In this document: piece by piece, positions 1-11,712 of the stretch
Numbering within the stretch: the first letter of the stretch is position 1
Layout: each line of letters opens with the position of its first letter
Source: Octopus vulgaris
Taxonomy: Eukaryota
Assembly (NCBI GenBank): GCA_951406725.2
Contig: OX597823.1
Coordinates: 68,820,001 to 68,884,000, forward strand
Direction: 5' to 3'
Length of the DNA stretch: 64,000 nucleotides
Position numbers and translations under genes: made by a program
Notes under the pieces: model-generated
Databases searched by the model: none
What the model was told of the DNA's origin: nothing
What the model saw: only the letters and a program-made list of their open reading frames with translations

Positions 1-370
1 CAAATTCTGTGAGGTTCACTTCGTCTTTCATCCTTTCAGGGTCAATAAAATAAGTATGAGTTGAACACTGGGGTCGATTTAACTGACTTACTCCTCCCCA
101 CAAAATTGTTGGCCTCTTGGTACCAGGATTTGAAATCAATAATACAGTAGACTTTAAAGTGATCAGCTGGTAGAGTCATTTGCATGCCATGCAAGTATGT
201 TTAGTAGCATTTCATCTGTCTTCCCTTTTTAGTTCAAATTCTGCTAAGTTTGATTTTGCCTTTCATCCTTTAGGGATTGATAAAACAAGTACCAGTTGAA
301 CACTAGGGTTGATGTAATTGGTTAGCCTTTACCCTGAAATTGCTGGCCTTTTGCCAAAATGTCAAACCAG
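1..370 (+). repeat. Two tandem decayed copies of SINE family A
   Basis: The motif tttcatccttt..ggg..gataaaa.aagtaccagttgaacactggggtcgat occurs twice (about 1-135 and 165-370) and recurs many times in the window, mostly on the minus strand. Confidence 0.7.
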
Positions 371-922
371 TTATACAGTAGACTTAAATAATGTAGACTA
401 CTGTGACTTGGTTTCACTAATCTGTATATTGTACTTTCTTAAAAGTGGATGGATTAGCTCAAGCATATTCAACTTGACATCATGCTGACATCAACATTTG
501 CTGCTTATGTGCTGAAGTTTGAAATTAGTGGGTAAAGACATAAAATTGGTGGTAGAGAGAGAGAGAGGGATTTGGAGATAGAAAAGTATGAAGTGGTTAT
601 ATGTTTGAGGATAAAAGCAATAACTAGTATACCTTACCTTTCTTCTCTCTCATATCTCCAAAGTTTTTCACTGTTTTACAGTCACAAATACACAGGACCC
701 ATTACTCTACAAAGGCATCTGAATACACTAGAACTCAAACAATTAAATTTTTAAGTCATAGGATTTAAAACTGTAGAATTTAAAGCAACTATATAAAGTT
801 GGTGTACACAACTGAAACAGCATTGAATTAGAGTAGCCATATAAGTACCATACAGGCATTAAACGTCATTAAATTAGAGTAGCCAATAGAAGTACCATAT
901 AAGTAGGCATATAAGTACCATA

Positions 923-2496
923 CCGTAAAAACCCATGTAATTTGCGTACTTTTTTTTTTGCAAAAGCAAAAGTAGCTTTAGTGTGTGCATAAATTACCCG
1001 AGTAGATTGTTTTCAGAATGATTTTAGAATTTTTTTTGTTGAAAAATGACGCACAGATGTAAACATTCCCACCAGAAGTTGACACATTTAATGTCAGAAT
1101 AGGTTTTTACAGAAAAAATATAATGAAGTTGACTTTTACTTATCATGTATGGCATAATGCTTACTATTTCTGTATAAATTTACTAAAACCATTAAATGGT
1201 TAACTACTTTTTGAAGTCTAATGTTCAAGCTGGTAGTCACAGTCCAGACCATATTTTACGTTGCTTGGAGTTTTTACCTATCGCAATGGAGCCCAGCAAT
1301 TTCCTTAAATATTTCAGTTGTTCTCCGCTTAAGAAGTCTAGCTTGCGTTTACCTCCAGGAAACTGTTGCTCACTTTCTCTGTGTTAGGACAATGAAATTT
1401 ATCACTGCTGACATTGCTGCTACCAGCTCTTACTGCATCTAACACCAACAACAACATCATAATTCATCCTTGTGTATGTAAACTCACTAAGTGAATATGA
1501 CTTAGCATTCCTACAGAAATCTTCGTTTACCTTATATGATGTTTAATGTCATTTCACATTCATGTTGAATTATACAGAAATCATGTTCTCTTCATAGAAC
1601 ACTTGTAATGTATGTATTACCAGTTCTTTTGGTATAGTAGGTTTTTGCTATTCTTGTTTATCTCTCCTCACAGACGTGTATATTCTAACAAGTCACTTCT
1701 TAAATTTCGCACCTCTCTTGCTCAATAAACATTGAGTTAAACTTGCAAAGCTGTTTATTTTTCCTTTCAATTTTAAATGTTTATTTTAGCAGGTTACCAA
1801 ACTATTAGTTTAGTCTCCCAACTAAAACAGTAATGACAATCTTTTAAGTTTGCTTGACATTTTATAAGTGTGAAAGGGATTAAAAATTTTGATACTCTGC
1901 ATCAAAGGTTCCAAAAGAATAAGGCAGATAATCAGAGCTTGAGACAAGAAGATACTTTTGACCAGTAAGAATTCTGTTTACATAATCAGTTTGATCAGCC
2001 ACCCTCCTCTGTCAGTTGAGTAAAGTGTCATCCAAGCTGATGTTTATTGGTAATTAAACCTATTTTTCAACACTTGTATGTATTTATCGGCTTTGGTTTT
2101 GTTGATAGGAATTATCAACAACTTATGCTGTAATTGTGATTGAGAAGACACGCAGAAGTATGCTAAAGATTGGACATAATCTCTTGTGGGCAAGAAATGT
2201 AAAATACAGTTTATTATAAACAATGCAAATACTTCGTAATTTAATAGCTTTCAATGTGATAACTGTTAAACAGAAATTATTCTTAGTTGATGAATATTTA
2301 ATAAAATCTAATCATAAGTAAGTGAAATTATGCTAAATACAATTAAATTGAAAAAAATTTCCCCATGGCCATATCGGCAATTCTGAAAACTTTTGGGTGC
2401 GAATTTTGCATGAGTAGAAGCTGTTTTTAACAATTATTATCCTGAAAATCACCTGTGTATATTACACAGGTGCACAAATTACATGGGTTTTTATTG
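923..2496. mobile_element. Non-autonomous Tc1/mariner-superfamily (pogo/Tc2-like) DNA transposon, ~1.57 kb
   Basis: Left end TA|ccgtaaaaacccatgtaatttgcgtac; right end gtgcacaaattacatgggtttttattg|TA is its imperfect reverse complement. TA flanks both sides. Subterminal variants of the TIR motif lie near 981-1005 and 2395-2470. No intact transposase seen. Confidence 0.7.
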
Positions 2497-2861
2497 TATA
2501 CACCACTGAAAGGCATAATACTGTGGTTTTTGTCTCAAAGAATATTACTACTGTGATAGTATTCACCTCACTCCATTATATATTAAGTTTTTAAGGCAAC
2601 CTGTCTATGAAGAGATTTTTCTCTCAGATAAAATCCTCAGCACCATGCCTTCCTATGATACAATTACATTAAACATGATACACAGATGATTGTTTCATCT
2701 ACATAAAATTTATATGTATGTAATAGGCGCAGGAGTGGCTCTGTGGTAAGTAGCTTGCTTACCAACCACATGGTTCCAGGTTCAGTCCCACTGTGTGGCA
2801 TCTTGGGCAAGTGTCTTCTACTATAGCCTTGGGCCGACCAATGGAAACTCAAAGAAGCCCG

Positions 2862-2897
<36 letters not shown>

Positions 2898-3055
2898 TTG
2901 CGTCGGAAATTAATTAGCACTTCTCAAATTTCTACATTTTCTTACATTTTCTTAATTTAATTAACTTATTATCAGAAACGAACTCGTTTTTAATCAAAAA
3001 TTTATTAAAACATATCCCAGCACACCACATAATTGTTATTAATCGTGAAATTTAG

Positions 3056-4021
3056 TCAATATCTTGTTGCTCCTCCTTTGGCAGCAATGACAGCTGCTAC
3101 ACAGGTCGGCATGCTGTCTATGAGTGCCTGCAGGTACTGTGCAGGGATTGCCCTCCATGCAGCAAGAAGTGCCCCAAACAGCTCATGTCGGTTCCTGTAT
3201 TGCTGCACATTCAAATCCCTACCCAATCGACTCCAGAGGTTCTCAATAGGGTTCAGGTCAGGTGACTGGCCAGGCCAGTCCATGACCGTCACCCCATGGT
3301 CCTTGAAGAAACCGGTTGTGAGCTTGGCTGTGTGGGAAGGCGCATTGTCCTGCTGGAGCACGTACTCCTCGCCACCAAAGAGGTATCCCGTACTATCTCA
3401 ACGTACTTTGCTGCGTTGATGTTGCCTTCGACGGCATAGAGCCACCCAACACCACTGTAGCTGAACGCCCCTCACACCATCAGACCACCCCCACCATGCT
3501 TCATTGTGGGAGCAATGCAGTCTTTGTTGAAGCGCTCACCCCTGCAGCGTCGCACATGGACAGGCTTGTCACTGACGAGACTGAATCGCGACTCGTCAGT
3601 GAACATCACTGTCTGCCACTGCTGCACGGTCCATGTCTTGTGGGCACGGGCCCAGAGCAGCCGCCTCTTCCAGTTTTGGGCTGTAAGGAGTGGCTTCCAG
3701 TAATCTGGTCTTGACGGTGGTTGTAGACAACTGCTTCCCTGTCATCTTTTGCATCTCCTCCGCCAGTTGCCGGCTCGTTGCCCTTCGGTTGTACAGTGAC
3801 TTTCAGATCAGCATCCGGTCCTCCTGCTGGGTTGTCAGCCTCTTCCGTCCCCTACCCTTTTTGTCAGCTGCTGATCTGGTTTCCTCGTATTTCTTAAATA
3901 AGCACTGAATTGTGCGCCTGGCTACACCAAGTTTTCTGGCTATTGCAGCCTCCGACAGCTTCCCACGCCACGAGAGAGCCTCGTACCGTCTCTCCAAGGT
4001 CATGCGAGGTCCTGGGCCCAT
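3056..4021 (-). pseudogene. Tc1 DD34E transposase pseudogene
   Basis: N-terminal HTH and GRGRKR motif, then VMFTDESRF, MKHGGGGLMV*GAF and QQDNAPSH...WPGQSPDLNPIENLW (34 residues between D and E). Stops at 3803-3805 and 3472-3474; frameshifting deletions near 3690 and 3385. Confidence 0.93.
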
Positions 4022-4148
4022 CTAGGAATGAACGATAAAAACCAGTTATTTTCATTAAAACTATTCATTTGAATAATGTTATGCTATAACAAAACTGCTA
4101 TGAGTTATTATTCATTAAACAAAAAAGAAAGAAAGCAGAATTTCTCAC
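4022..4148 (-). other. Predicted 127-nt 5'-UTR intron of the Tc1 transposase gene
   Basis: Minus-strand donor AAG|GTGAGA at 4148 and acceptor ttttatcgttcattcctag|ATG ending at 4022, directly before the start codon. The interior is AT-rich. Confidence 0.55.
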
Positions 4149-4180
4149 CTTATTTGATGTATAACAGAAAGTTTTGTGAA

Positions 4181-4195
4181 CCGGAAGTGACGTCA
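4181..4195 (+). promoter_or_regulatory. ETS-CRE composite motif CCGGAAGTGACGTCA in the Tc1 promoter region
   Basis: Exact overlap of the ETS site CCGGAAGT and the palindromic CRE TGACGTCA. A further TTACGTCA lies at about 4446-4453. Confidence 0.55.
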
Positions 4196-6149
4196 TCAAG
4201 CAGAGTGTAGGAGAATTTGTGAGGAAAACAAATTTTGCAAATACACAAATCAATTAATCTACGAGCTGTTCAAAACGTCTTACGTGATGAGAAAACTTAG
4301 TATGGTGTGATTTTGGTCCTTGCGAGGTGCTACCTATATCTATTAAACAAAGGAAGATTTGTCTGCATCCGCACTCCAAGTTGTTGTTGCACTGCTATGT
4401 CCACATCATTAGGTTGTAGACTCTCAAACTGCTCTGCAAACAAAGTTACGTCATCGTTCTGCACAACAGTGAACTCACAACAAAGCAATAGTTCGAGATA
4501 TGGCCACTAGGTGACAGCAAATACCTTGAGTGAAGAGCAAATCAAGGGTGCTAATTAATTTCTGACGGTAGTGTATATGTGTGTGCGTGAGTGTGTTTGT
4601 GAATCTGTTTGTCCCCCTAACATTGCTTGACAACTGATGCTGGTATGTTTATGCAAAAGAGACTGATAGAATAAGTACTGGGCTTACAAAGAATAAGTCC
4701 CGAGGTCGATTTGTGCGACTAAAGGCAGTACTCCAGCATGGCTGCAGTCAAATGATTGAAACGGTAAAAGAGTAAAAGAGTATATATGTCTTTTTGTAAA
4801 TAGAGTTATGAGCTTTCATTGTCTATTGACTATAGAAAATAGATTAATATTAGGGGATATAAAGCCCTTAACAGAAAAAAATGGGCAATGCCCATTTTTT
4901 GGATACCCTAATATCAGACTATTTTCTATAGTCAATATACTGTGCAAACTTATAATTCTATTTGCAAATTTTCATTCACCTTCATTTTCTAATTCATGTT
5001 TAATTCACACATGTTTATATATATGCATTTTATGTTTAAACGACAAATAACTATTGTTACCAAATTTCCCTTTACTTTGCAATATGCATCTGTGTGCTAA
5101 CAAGTAATTTATCAATGAGAAGGGTAAAAGAAGTATTTGCAAATAGGCAATAATGGGGTTGAGGGTACAACACAAACAATGGAATGAATAGGAATATAGA
5201 ACCACTAACCTCAAACTATAATGAAACTAGATTCATCTTAAAGATTTTGAAAAATCAGATATTAACAAACGATCTGTTCAGAAATTTCTTGTCCTCAACT
5301 GACTCATATCTTTTGAGCACTCATCTTTTGATGAAATTTTATAGAATAGCAAGTGCTCCCATAAATAAGTCATGAACTGAGTCTTGTTATGATGAACAAC
5401 ATTTAACATCTTAAATCACTGTTGTCAATGACCAAAAATGTTATCCAAATTGGACTAAACTTCAAGGTTTGATACAAAAGTCTTTCTTCCTTTCTCTTAT
5501 GGTAAATAGTGAATAGAATTAAAGAATGTAAATTAAAAATCATTAGCTCATTCCAAAAAAAAAAAAAGAAAAAAAACTGTTTCTCTGTGGTGATATCATT
5601 ACTACAGAATCTCTCATATATAAACAAACTTGTATCATCGTTTCTATTACCTTGGCTGATATTAATGAACTGTTTTGGAATAAACAGCATAACAATAGTC
5701 TAGTGCATTCACTTCTCGATTTTATACCCTCATATATTTTTGAAGGTGTTGTTGAATATGTTGAAAGAAATAAGGCGAAAAGGAATTTGTGTGGTTTTAT
5801 AATCATTTTGATTTGAACACCAATTGTTGGTATCAAATCAATTCCACACTTTAATTCTCTAGCGCTGATAGTAACAGCTTCTTCTGTTATAAAATTTTTA
5901 ACTTTCTTATTAACAGCCCACCTCCTAATGAGAAAGCAGAATAATCATGATGGCAGACAATACAATAAATATTAGAAAAGTTAGTTAAAGTAAATTCTAT
6001 GGAAGAATGATAATGCTGTGTGCAGGTGTTGTAGTTGCTTACTAATAGACATGCTCTACTTGATCATGGGAAGTCTGCAGTATAGAGAATGCTAATAATT
6101 GTGAAGACTCAAATCTAATTTCAAACATATTTAGGAAAGCTATTAGTAA

Positions 6150-6960
6150 GAGTTCCATTTAAGAAGGGTGTCAAATAACCTCTCCAAAGCTCTTCACCAC
6201 ACGTCTTGAAATGGTCTACAGACACAATGACTAGAAAAGGTGGTGTTAGCATCAGTGGAAACTGCTAATGCACTTCCAATTTGTTGATGATATTGTAGTT
6301 ATCAAAGAAATCTTAGACTAATTGCATACCATGCTAACAAAGTTAGGCACCCAGTAAGTTTCGAAATAAACTACATTAAAACAAAATACATGTGGTCCAA
6401 AAACATAGCACATGACTGAATAATGGTGGGAAGTAATCAAATTGAGATGGTTAAGGTAGTAAATATATTCAGGGACATAAATGCTGATATCATGCACAGA
6501 GTAAAAGTGTTTGCCTTGATTAAATATATACTCAGAGCACAGCTAGACAAGACTCAGTGTGTCAATAATTTTATTATTACTGTTCTACCAGAACTCTTAT
6601 ATGCAAGTGAGACATGGGTTATAACAGAAAAGGAAGACAGCAGCTGGTTAGGGCACAGAGAGTTGTAGAAAGATCCATGTTAAGAATATATTATAGGAGC
6701 AACTCTGAAATGAGATAGTTTGACAATGCAGCAGAGAGAACATTACGAAATTCTGAAAGCACAAGCACAGACATATCACAAGGCACACAAGAAATTAGTG
6801 GGCTAAGCAGTTAGTGAGTGGTATCCAGGAGACCAGAAGAGACCACTCAGAAAACCTCCATCATGGTGGGAAAAGGATATACTTAAAACATTTGGACCCA
6901 GTTGGAAGAGAAGCTCACAATCAAGGAAAGAACAGAAACACATTTCAAGTAATACAGTGA
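6150..6960 (+). mobile_element. Decayed RTE-clade LINE, RT region and C-terminus
   Basis: Broken frames give KGVK..SPKLF, HFQFVDDIV (FADD equivalent), LLYASETW and W.P..QKRPLRKPPSWWEKD. Confidence 0.7.
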
Positions 6961-9849
6961 TGAACACCCAAAATTCAGAAGTGAAAAAGATTTGAAATTG
7001 AGTAGTGTATAAACAGGATATTGCTGCAATATTCACTTGACAGCTATCACAAATTTATTTAATAAATTATTTCAGAAGGTAAAGTTATGTTGAAGAAGAT
7101 GCTTGAGTTAAAATCAAGAATGTTATTGCTTTGACTTTGCATGAAAAGTTACTTAATATTTTATAAATGTCAAAATTCAAGTTATTGATAAGCTTTTGTG
7201 AATGGCATTTTTCCTATGAGCTTCACCGTGTAAAACATCCCTTTTGGGGATAATTTCTAATGCTTAAACAACAGCTGACTGACAAATTTTGACTCACATT
7301 AAATAAAGACAATTTAACATTTTTCTAACCACTGCTAGTGAGACTAATAATGACATTGCATTTGGGACGTCTGGAACAAATAATGTTAGAGGAGAACACA
7401 AAATTCAGAAATATGGCCAACTCCAAAATTGCTTTTGTAAAATGTATATGCCACAGCTTGGCTTTATACTGCTAACTATTCCTCATATCAGAATTAGTTG
7501 CTTTGTTGAGAAAATTTTCTGCTTAGTCATGACTCATTGGTCTGAAGGAATAGCATAAGGATAGTTCTTTAGCAATGAGAAGATCACAAAATAAATTTTA
7601 TGTCAATTTTTAAAAAGGAAATGAATTACATAGTGTGCACTCAGAATGTTATGCTCCAAGACGAAACCATTATTCTCATTTTGCTGTGTGTTTTTATTAC
7701 CTTAAATTTCAAGTTTGTAAATATGGATTTCTTAGCTTCAGTTTCTAACCACCACAGCAATTGTAAAACATTTTTTGGGTCTAGTTATCTAACAGTAATA
7801 GCAAGAGATTTAAAAGACTATATTTTACCTGTATAACTGGTTCAATTTATAATTGACTTATGAATTTTTAACCAATCTTGCTTTTTGATTATCATGGCTT
7901 CTGCTCATTCCTACTTTGATTTAAAAAAGAACTTAAATGCAAGAGTGAGAAATCTAATATAATTACTTTAACTTAATCTAAAGTTATGTACCGGATTTCT
8001 ATTACTAAGCAACATAACAATGTATGAGTATCACAATGTCATGCCAAACAAAATCGAAATCCATTACATTTATTACTGGTTAGGGTTTTTGGTTTGGACT
8101 GTAAAATTCAGGATAGATTTCCAGTAGAGAATGTTCCACAGGAAAATCATGATGCTAAACTCAGCAAATTAAGCTTAGAGAAAAGACAACGGCTGATCAA
8201 ACAATATCCTCTTGAATTTTTGAGTGAAATTATAAAGCAGACTGATCAAAGAACTAATAATAAAAGCAAATCTGCAAAAATGAAATATGTAGAATACTTT
8301 GATCCAAATATTATTCATTTTGATACTGACCCAAGTTCACTGAAACCAACAGTCATTAATCAAGTAAAAAAAAAATGATGCAATGTGTGTGTAGTGGATA
8401 GCTCACCACTCAAATGTTTTCAATGGCATACAACATTGATAACAAAGTCTTGACATCAAACACAGCCAATCAGTAAGTGTCATTCAGTTTGCAGTTTTTA
8501 CACAGACAGATCAAAGAACTTGTTCTGAAAATCAGCTTGCTGCCACATGAAATTTACCATCACAACTAGTCAACAAGTGCAGAGAAAAGACTACCATTTT
8601 CTGCCAGTTGAAATAGCTACTATTAACAGTATTTTGTAATTTTTTTTTTTTGCTTTCTCAGCTTTCTTGTAATTTAAAAAGAGCAGATTTTTCTCTGCTT
8701 CAAAGAATATTGTAGTAATTCCATGTCGTTCCACATTATGGCCCTTCACATTCATTTTGACACATACAAACGATGAAAAATGCTCTCACATATTGTGTTA
8801 CAAAAACATTTTGACATGTACATGTTTCATGAAACACATCCTTGCATTCATTCATAATAACAATGGTATGCTACTGCCATGTTAAATCATTGCTTGAAAT
8901 TTATTCTATTTGTGTTAATTGCTTCACATAATTTTGTAATTATCAACTTTTCCATATTTCTGGTAGGTGAACTTGTATGCAAACTCGTACAAGTTTGCCA
9001 TTGTGTTATTAATTGATGCTGTCTTATTCTGTGTTGTATTTTTGAATATCATTCGTTTTTGCCACAATTTATTGAAATTTTAACAAACCCAATTTTTTTT
9101 TATATAAAGACTTTAATACACTGATTTCTAACATTAACATAAAGATTGGTAGAAGGATGTAAATTTAGCAAACTGAAAGATTTGCAGAATTGTGAGAAAG
9201 TCTGCCAAAATACTTAAAGTATAAATTCTGTTTATACTGCTGAATTTAACTAAGGTGATAGTTATGGAGTGGAGGTCAATTTAATATTTTTATAATTTGT
9301 CCTAAGTCTGAATGGAATAACTATAGAAAATACTTCAAAATATGAAAAACTAAGTCAGAATCAAAGACACATTTTTTATACATATATTAAAAATTGAACT
9401 CATGTTGCAAATGTCATAATGAAGTCCTATTTTACTTTAAATTATTTATCAAATAATGGTTTCAAATTTTGGCAAAGGGTCAGCAGTTTTTGAGGGGTAG
9501 AAGGAAGTTGATTATGACACCAGTACTTGACTAGTACTTATTTTATTGACCCCCAAAAGACGAAAGGCATAGGCTTTATTAATTTGAACTTATTGGGGAG
9601 GACCATCTACTTATGCATATCATTTTTGCCCCACAAATGGTACTTTAGGCAAGTGTCTCCCACTATAGCTCTTGGGTCTTGTGAAAGAATCTGGTTTACA
9701 TAAACTGAAATAAACCCATCATATATATATGTGTATGAGTGTGTGTATGTACATATGTCTCTTCTGCATTTAATCATTTAAATTCTTCCTCTGAAGAAAG
9801 AACTGGTTTCTAATAAAGATACAAAGCTCCATCTTCGGAATGTAGATAA

Positions 9850-11060
9850 TGAAAATAATGTCATGTTTTAAACCTGAGAAAAGTCTTGCATAGTTTTACT
9901 ATTTCATGTATAGATTGTATTTGTAATGTGCAATTCAGATGGTTGATTTCTTTTTCTGAAAATCCAAGCCTATCTAGACTGACCATCAGGCATTTACTGA
10001 CAAAACCAAGTGCTCCAAATATTATTGGTATAAACGCAAATTTGTAATCTGGATATATTGAACCTAGAGGTTTCAAAGCAGTTGTCCATAGTTATCTTCT
10101 TTCTTTTCAAAGAGATATTAACATCAGGCAGAACAGCTGACCTCTATGGCAGTACATACTTTTTCTTGTCTGTCCCAAACAACAATATATGCTTGCACTT
10201 GACAGATGTTTTGATGAGAATATTTCACCAGTATTCCTTGTGCTGGTATTTGCATATGTATTCAATAAAAGAGGGATTCTCTATATTTATTCATGGACGT
10301 TTTTCCAAATGGCATTGTATATTATTTTTGCAACAACGTCATATAACATAGGGAGGCAATACCTTCATGACATTTTGGGGTGACTACTAATCACATGGGT
10401 GATATTTTCCACAAAAATATGACATTGTCTACATTTACGGTTGCATCTTGAAAATCCAAGGACTTTACTGTCTCTTTTGTTGATTAGGTATTTAGTAGCA
10501 ATCTCTTGTTCTTGGATTGCAAATGCATAGCCTTCAAAGTGTGATGTAGCAGTAACCAATCCAAGGGAGGCTTCACTTCATGTCAATGATAGTATCTTCT
10601 TCAAATCTATGAGAAACACACCCATGCATGGTATTTTTTTTGTATGTTGAACAATTAACCTCCAGGTCTTCCTTGAGGTATACTACTCCAACTGATTTGG
10701 GGTTGTATGGAAGGTTATTGGCGGAGAGTGCTTCCTGAGGAGCTCACTTCCAACATGTAGGAGATTGTTTTCTTCACTTTTCAACACTCAGTTAATGTAT
10801 TTATTTTTGCTGCTGTCGTTTAGCAAGTGCTGTCTGAGAGAGAGAGACTATGCAACATTTGAAGGCTGTCTGCACTGATCTCAAGCCCCCTATCTCGTCT
10901 ATCTCAACTTAGGTAAAGCCTGTTGATATCACTGTTTTGTGAAGATTTGCAGGTTTTAATGTCTGTAGAGTGGATTTCTTCTACAAACTAGTCAAATATC
11001 TCAACTGTTGGAATCAACACTAGTACTGCAAATACATTGTGGGATATTGTAAGAGGAGAG
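9850..11060 (-). mobile_element. Decayed R4/Dong-like non-LTR retrotransposon, 3' portion
   Basis: NSDINRLYL..RDRGL, EGYAFAIQEQEIATKY, degenerate zinc knuckle CRQC...ENITHVISS and restriction-like endonuclease end FIPIIFGALG, with many stops and frameshifts. Confidence 0.8.
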
Positions 11061-11069
11061 TTTGCGTGC

Positions 11070-11450
11070 CCGTGCCAGTGGCATGTAAAAAGCACCATCC
11101 GATCGTGGCCGTTGCCAGCCTCGCCTGGCCTCTGTGCCGGTGGCACGTAAAAAGCACCATCCGATCGTGGCTGTTGCCAACCTCGCCTGGCCTCTGTGCC
11201 GGTGGCACGTAAAAAGCACCATCCGATCATGGCCATTTGCCAGCCTTGTCTGGCACCTGTGCCAGTGGCACGTAAAAAGCACTCACTACACTCATGGAGT
11301 GGTTGACGTTAGGAAGGGCATCCAGCTGTAGAAACATTGCCAGACCAGACTGGGCCTGGTGCAGCCTTCTGGCTTCCCAGACCCCAGTTGAACCATCCAA
11401 CCCATACCAGCATGGAAAGCAGACGCTAAACGATGATGATGATGATGATG
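11070..11450 (+). repeat. SINE family C with four tandem internal modules and a (GAT)n tail
   Basis: gtgcc(g/a)gtggca(c/t)gtaaaaagcac at about 11072, 11134, 11196 and 11259 (62-63 bp period), then aggaagggcatccagctgtagaaa and the tail ccaacccat.c.agcatggaaagc.gacg.taaacgatgatgat. Confidence 0.85.
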
Positions 11451-11454
11451 ATAT

Positions 11455-11712
11455 GTATGTGTATGTACATATATAAATGTATGTGTGCATGTTTGTGTGT
11501 TATTCTCTCCTTTCCTTGACTCCTTGACATTGTGTGATAATTGTAAATGTCAGTCTGAGACATATCTGTCATGGGGAAACAATACCTTACCCAGAAACAG
11601 GTGTGGATTGGTGACAGGAAGGGCTTCCAGCTGTAGAATACCTGCCCCAATGAATTCCATTTGACCCATGCAAGCATAGAAAAAGTGGACATTAAACACT
11701 GATCATGATCAC
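11455..11712 (+). repeat. 3' half of a related SINE; probable 5' half at ~9620-9760
   Basis: Carries ggtgacaggaagggcttccagctgtagaa and a gacccatgcaagcatagaaaaagtggacattaaa tail. A head-side fragment (ggcaagtgtctc...actgaaataaaccc) lies on the far side of the R4-like LINE. Confidence 0.55.

Larger units (their letters stand above)
2895..4573 (-). mobile_element. Tc1-family DNA transposon, full length, inactivated
   Basis: 26-bp TIRs cacttgcgtcggaaattaattagcac and gtgctaattaatttctgacggtagtg (3 mismatches). Right flank is TA, left flank is TG inside a (TA)n tract. Encloses a Tc1 transposase. Confidence 0.93.
2726..4780 (+). repeat. tRNA-headed SINE family B copy split by the Tc1 insertion (5' half 2726-2863, 3' half ~4576-4780)
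   Basis: The head ggcgcaggagtggctctgtggtaag...ggttcagtccc and the tail ...gcagtcaaatgattgaaacggtaaaagagtaaaagag match the two halves of the intact copy at 19415-19830. Confidence 0.85.

Noticed and set aside
5543-5836. ORF starting IPTIG, reminiscent of the ARF GTPase switch I motif
   Set aside because: No other GTPase motifs or splice signals; a chance match.
8730-8850. Minus-strand ECKDVFHETC...CMC, PHD-finger-like
   Set aside because: Cys/His spacing is incomplete and the frame is closed by stops; cannot be supported.
11070-11285. CRISPR-like regularly spaced repeat
   Set aside because: The spacers are near-identical to each other, there are no cas genes, and the array is internal to a eukaryotic SINE.
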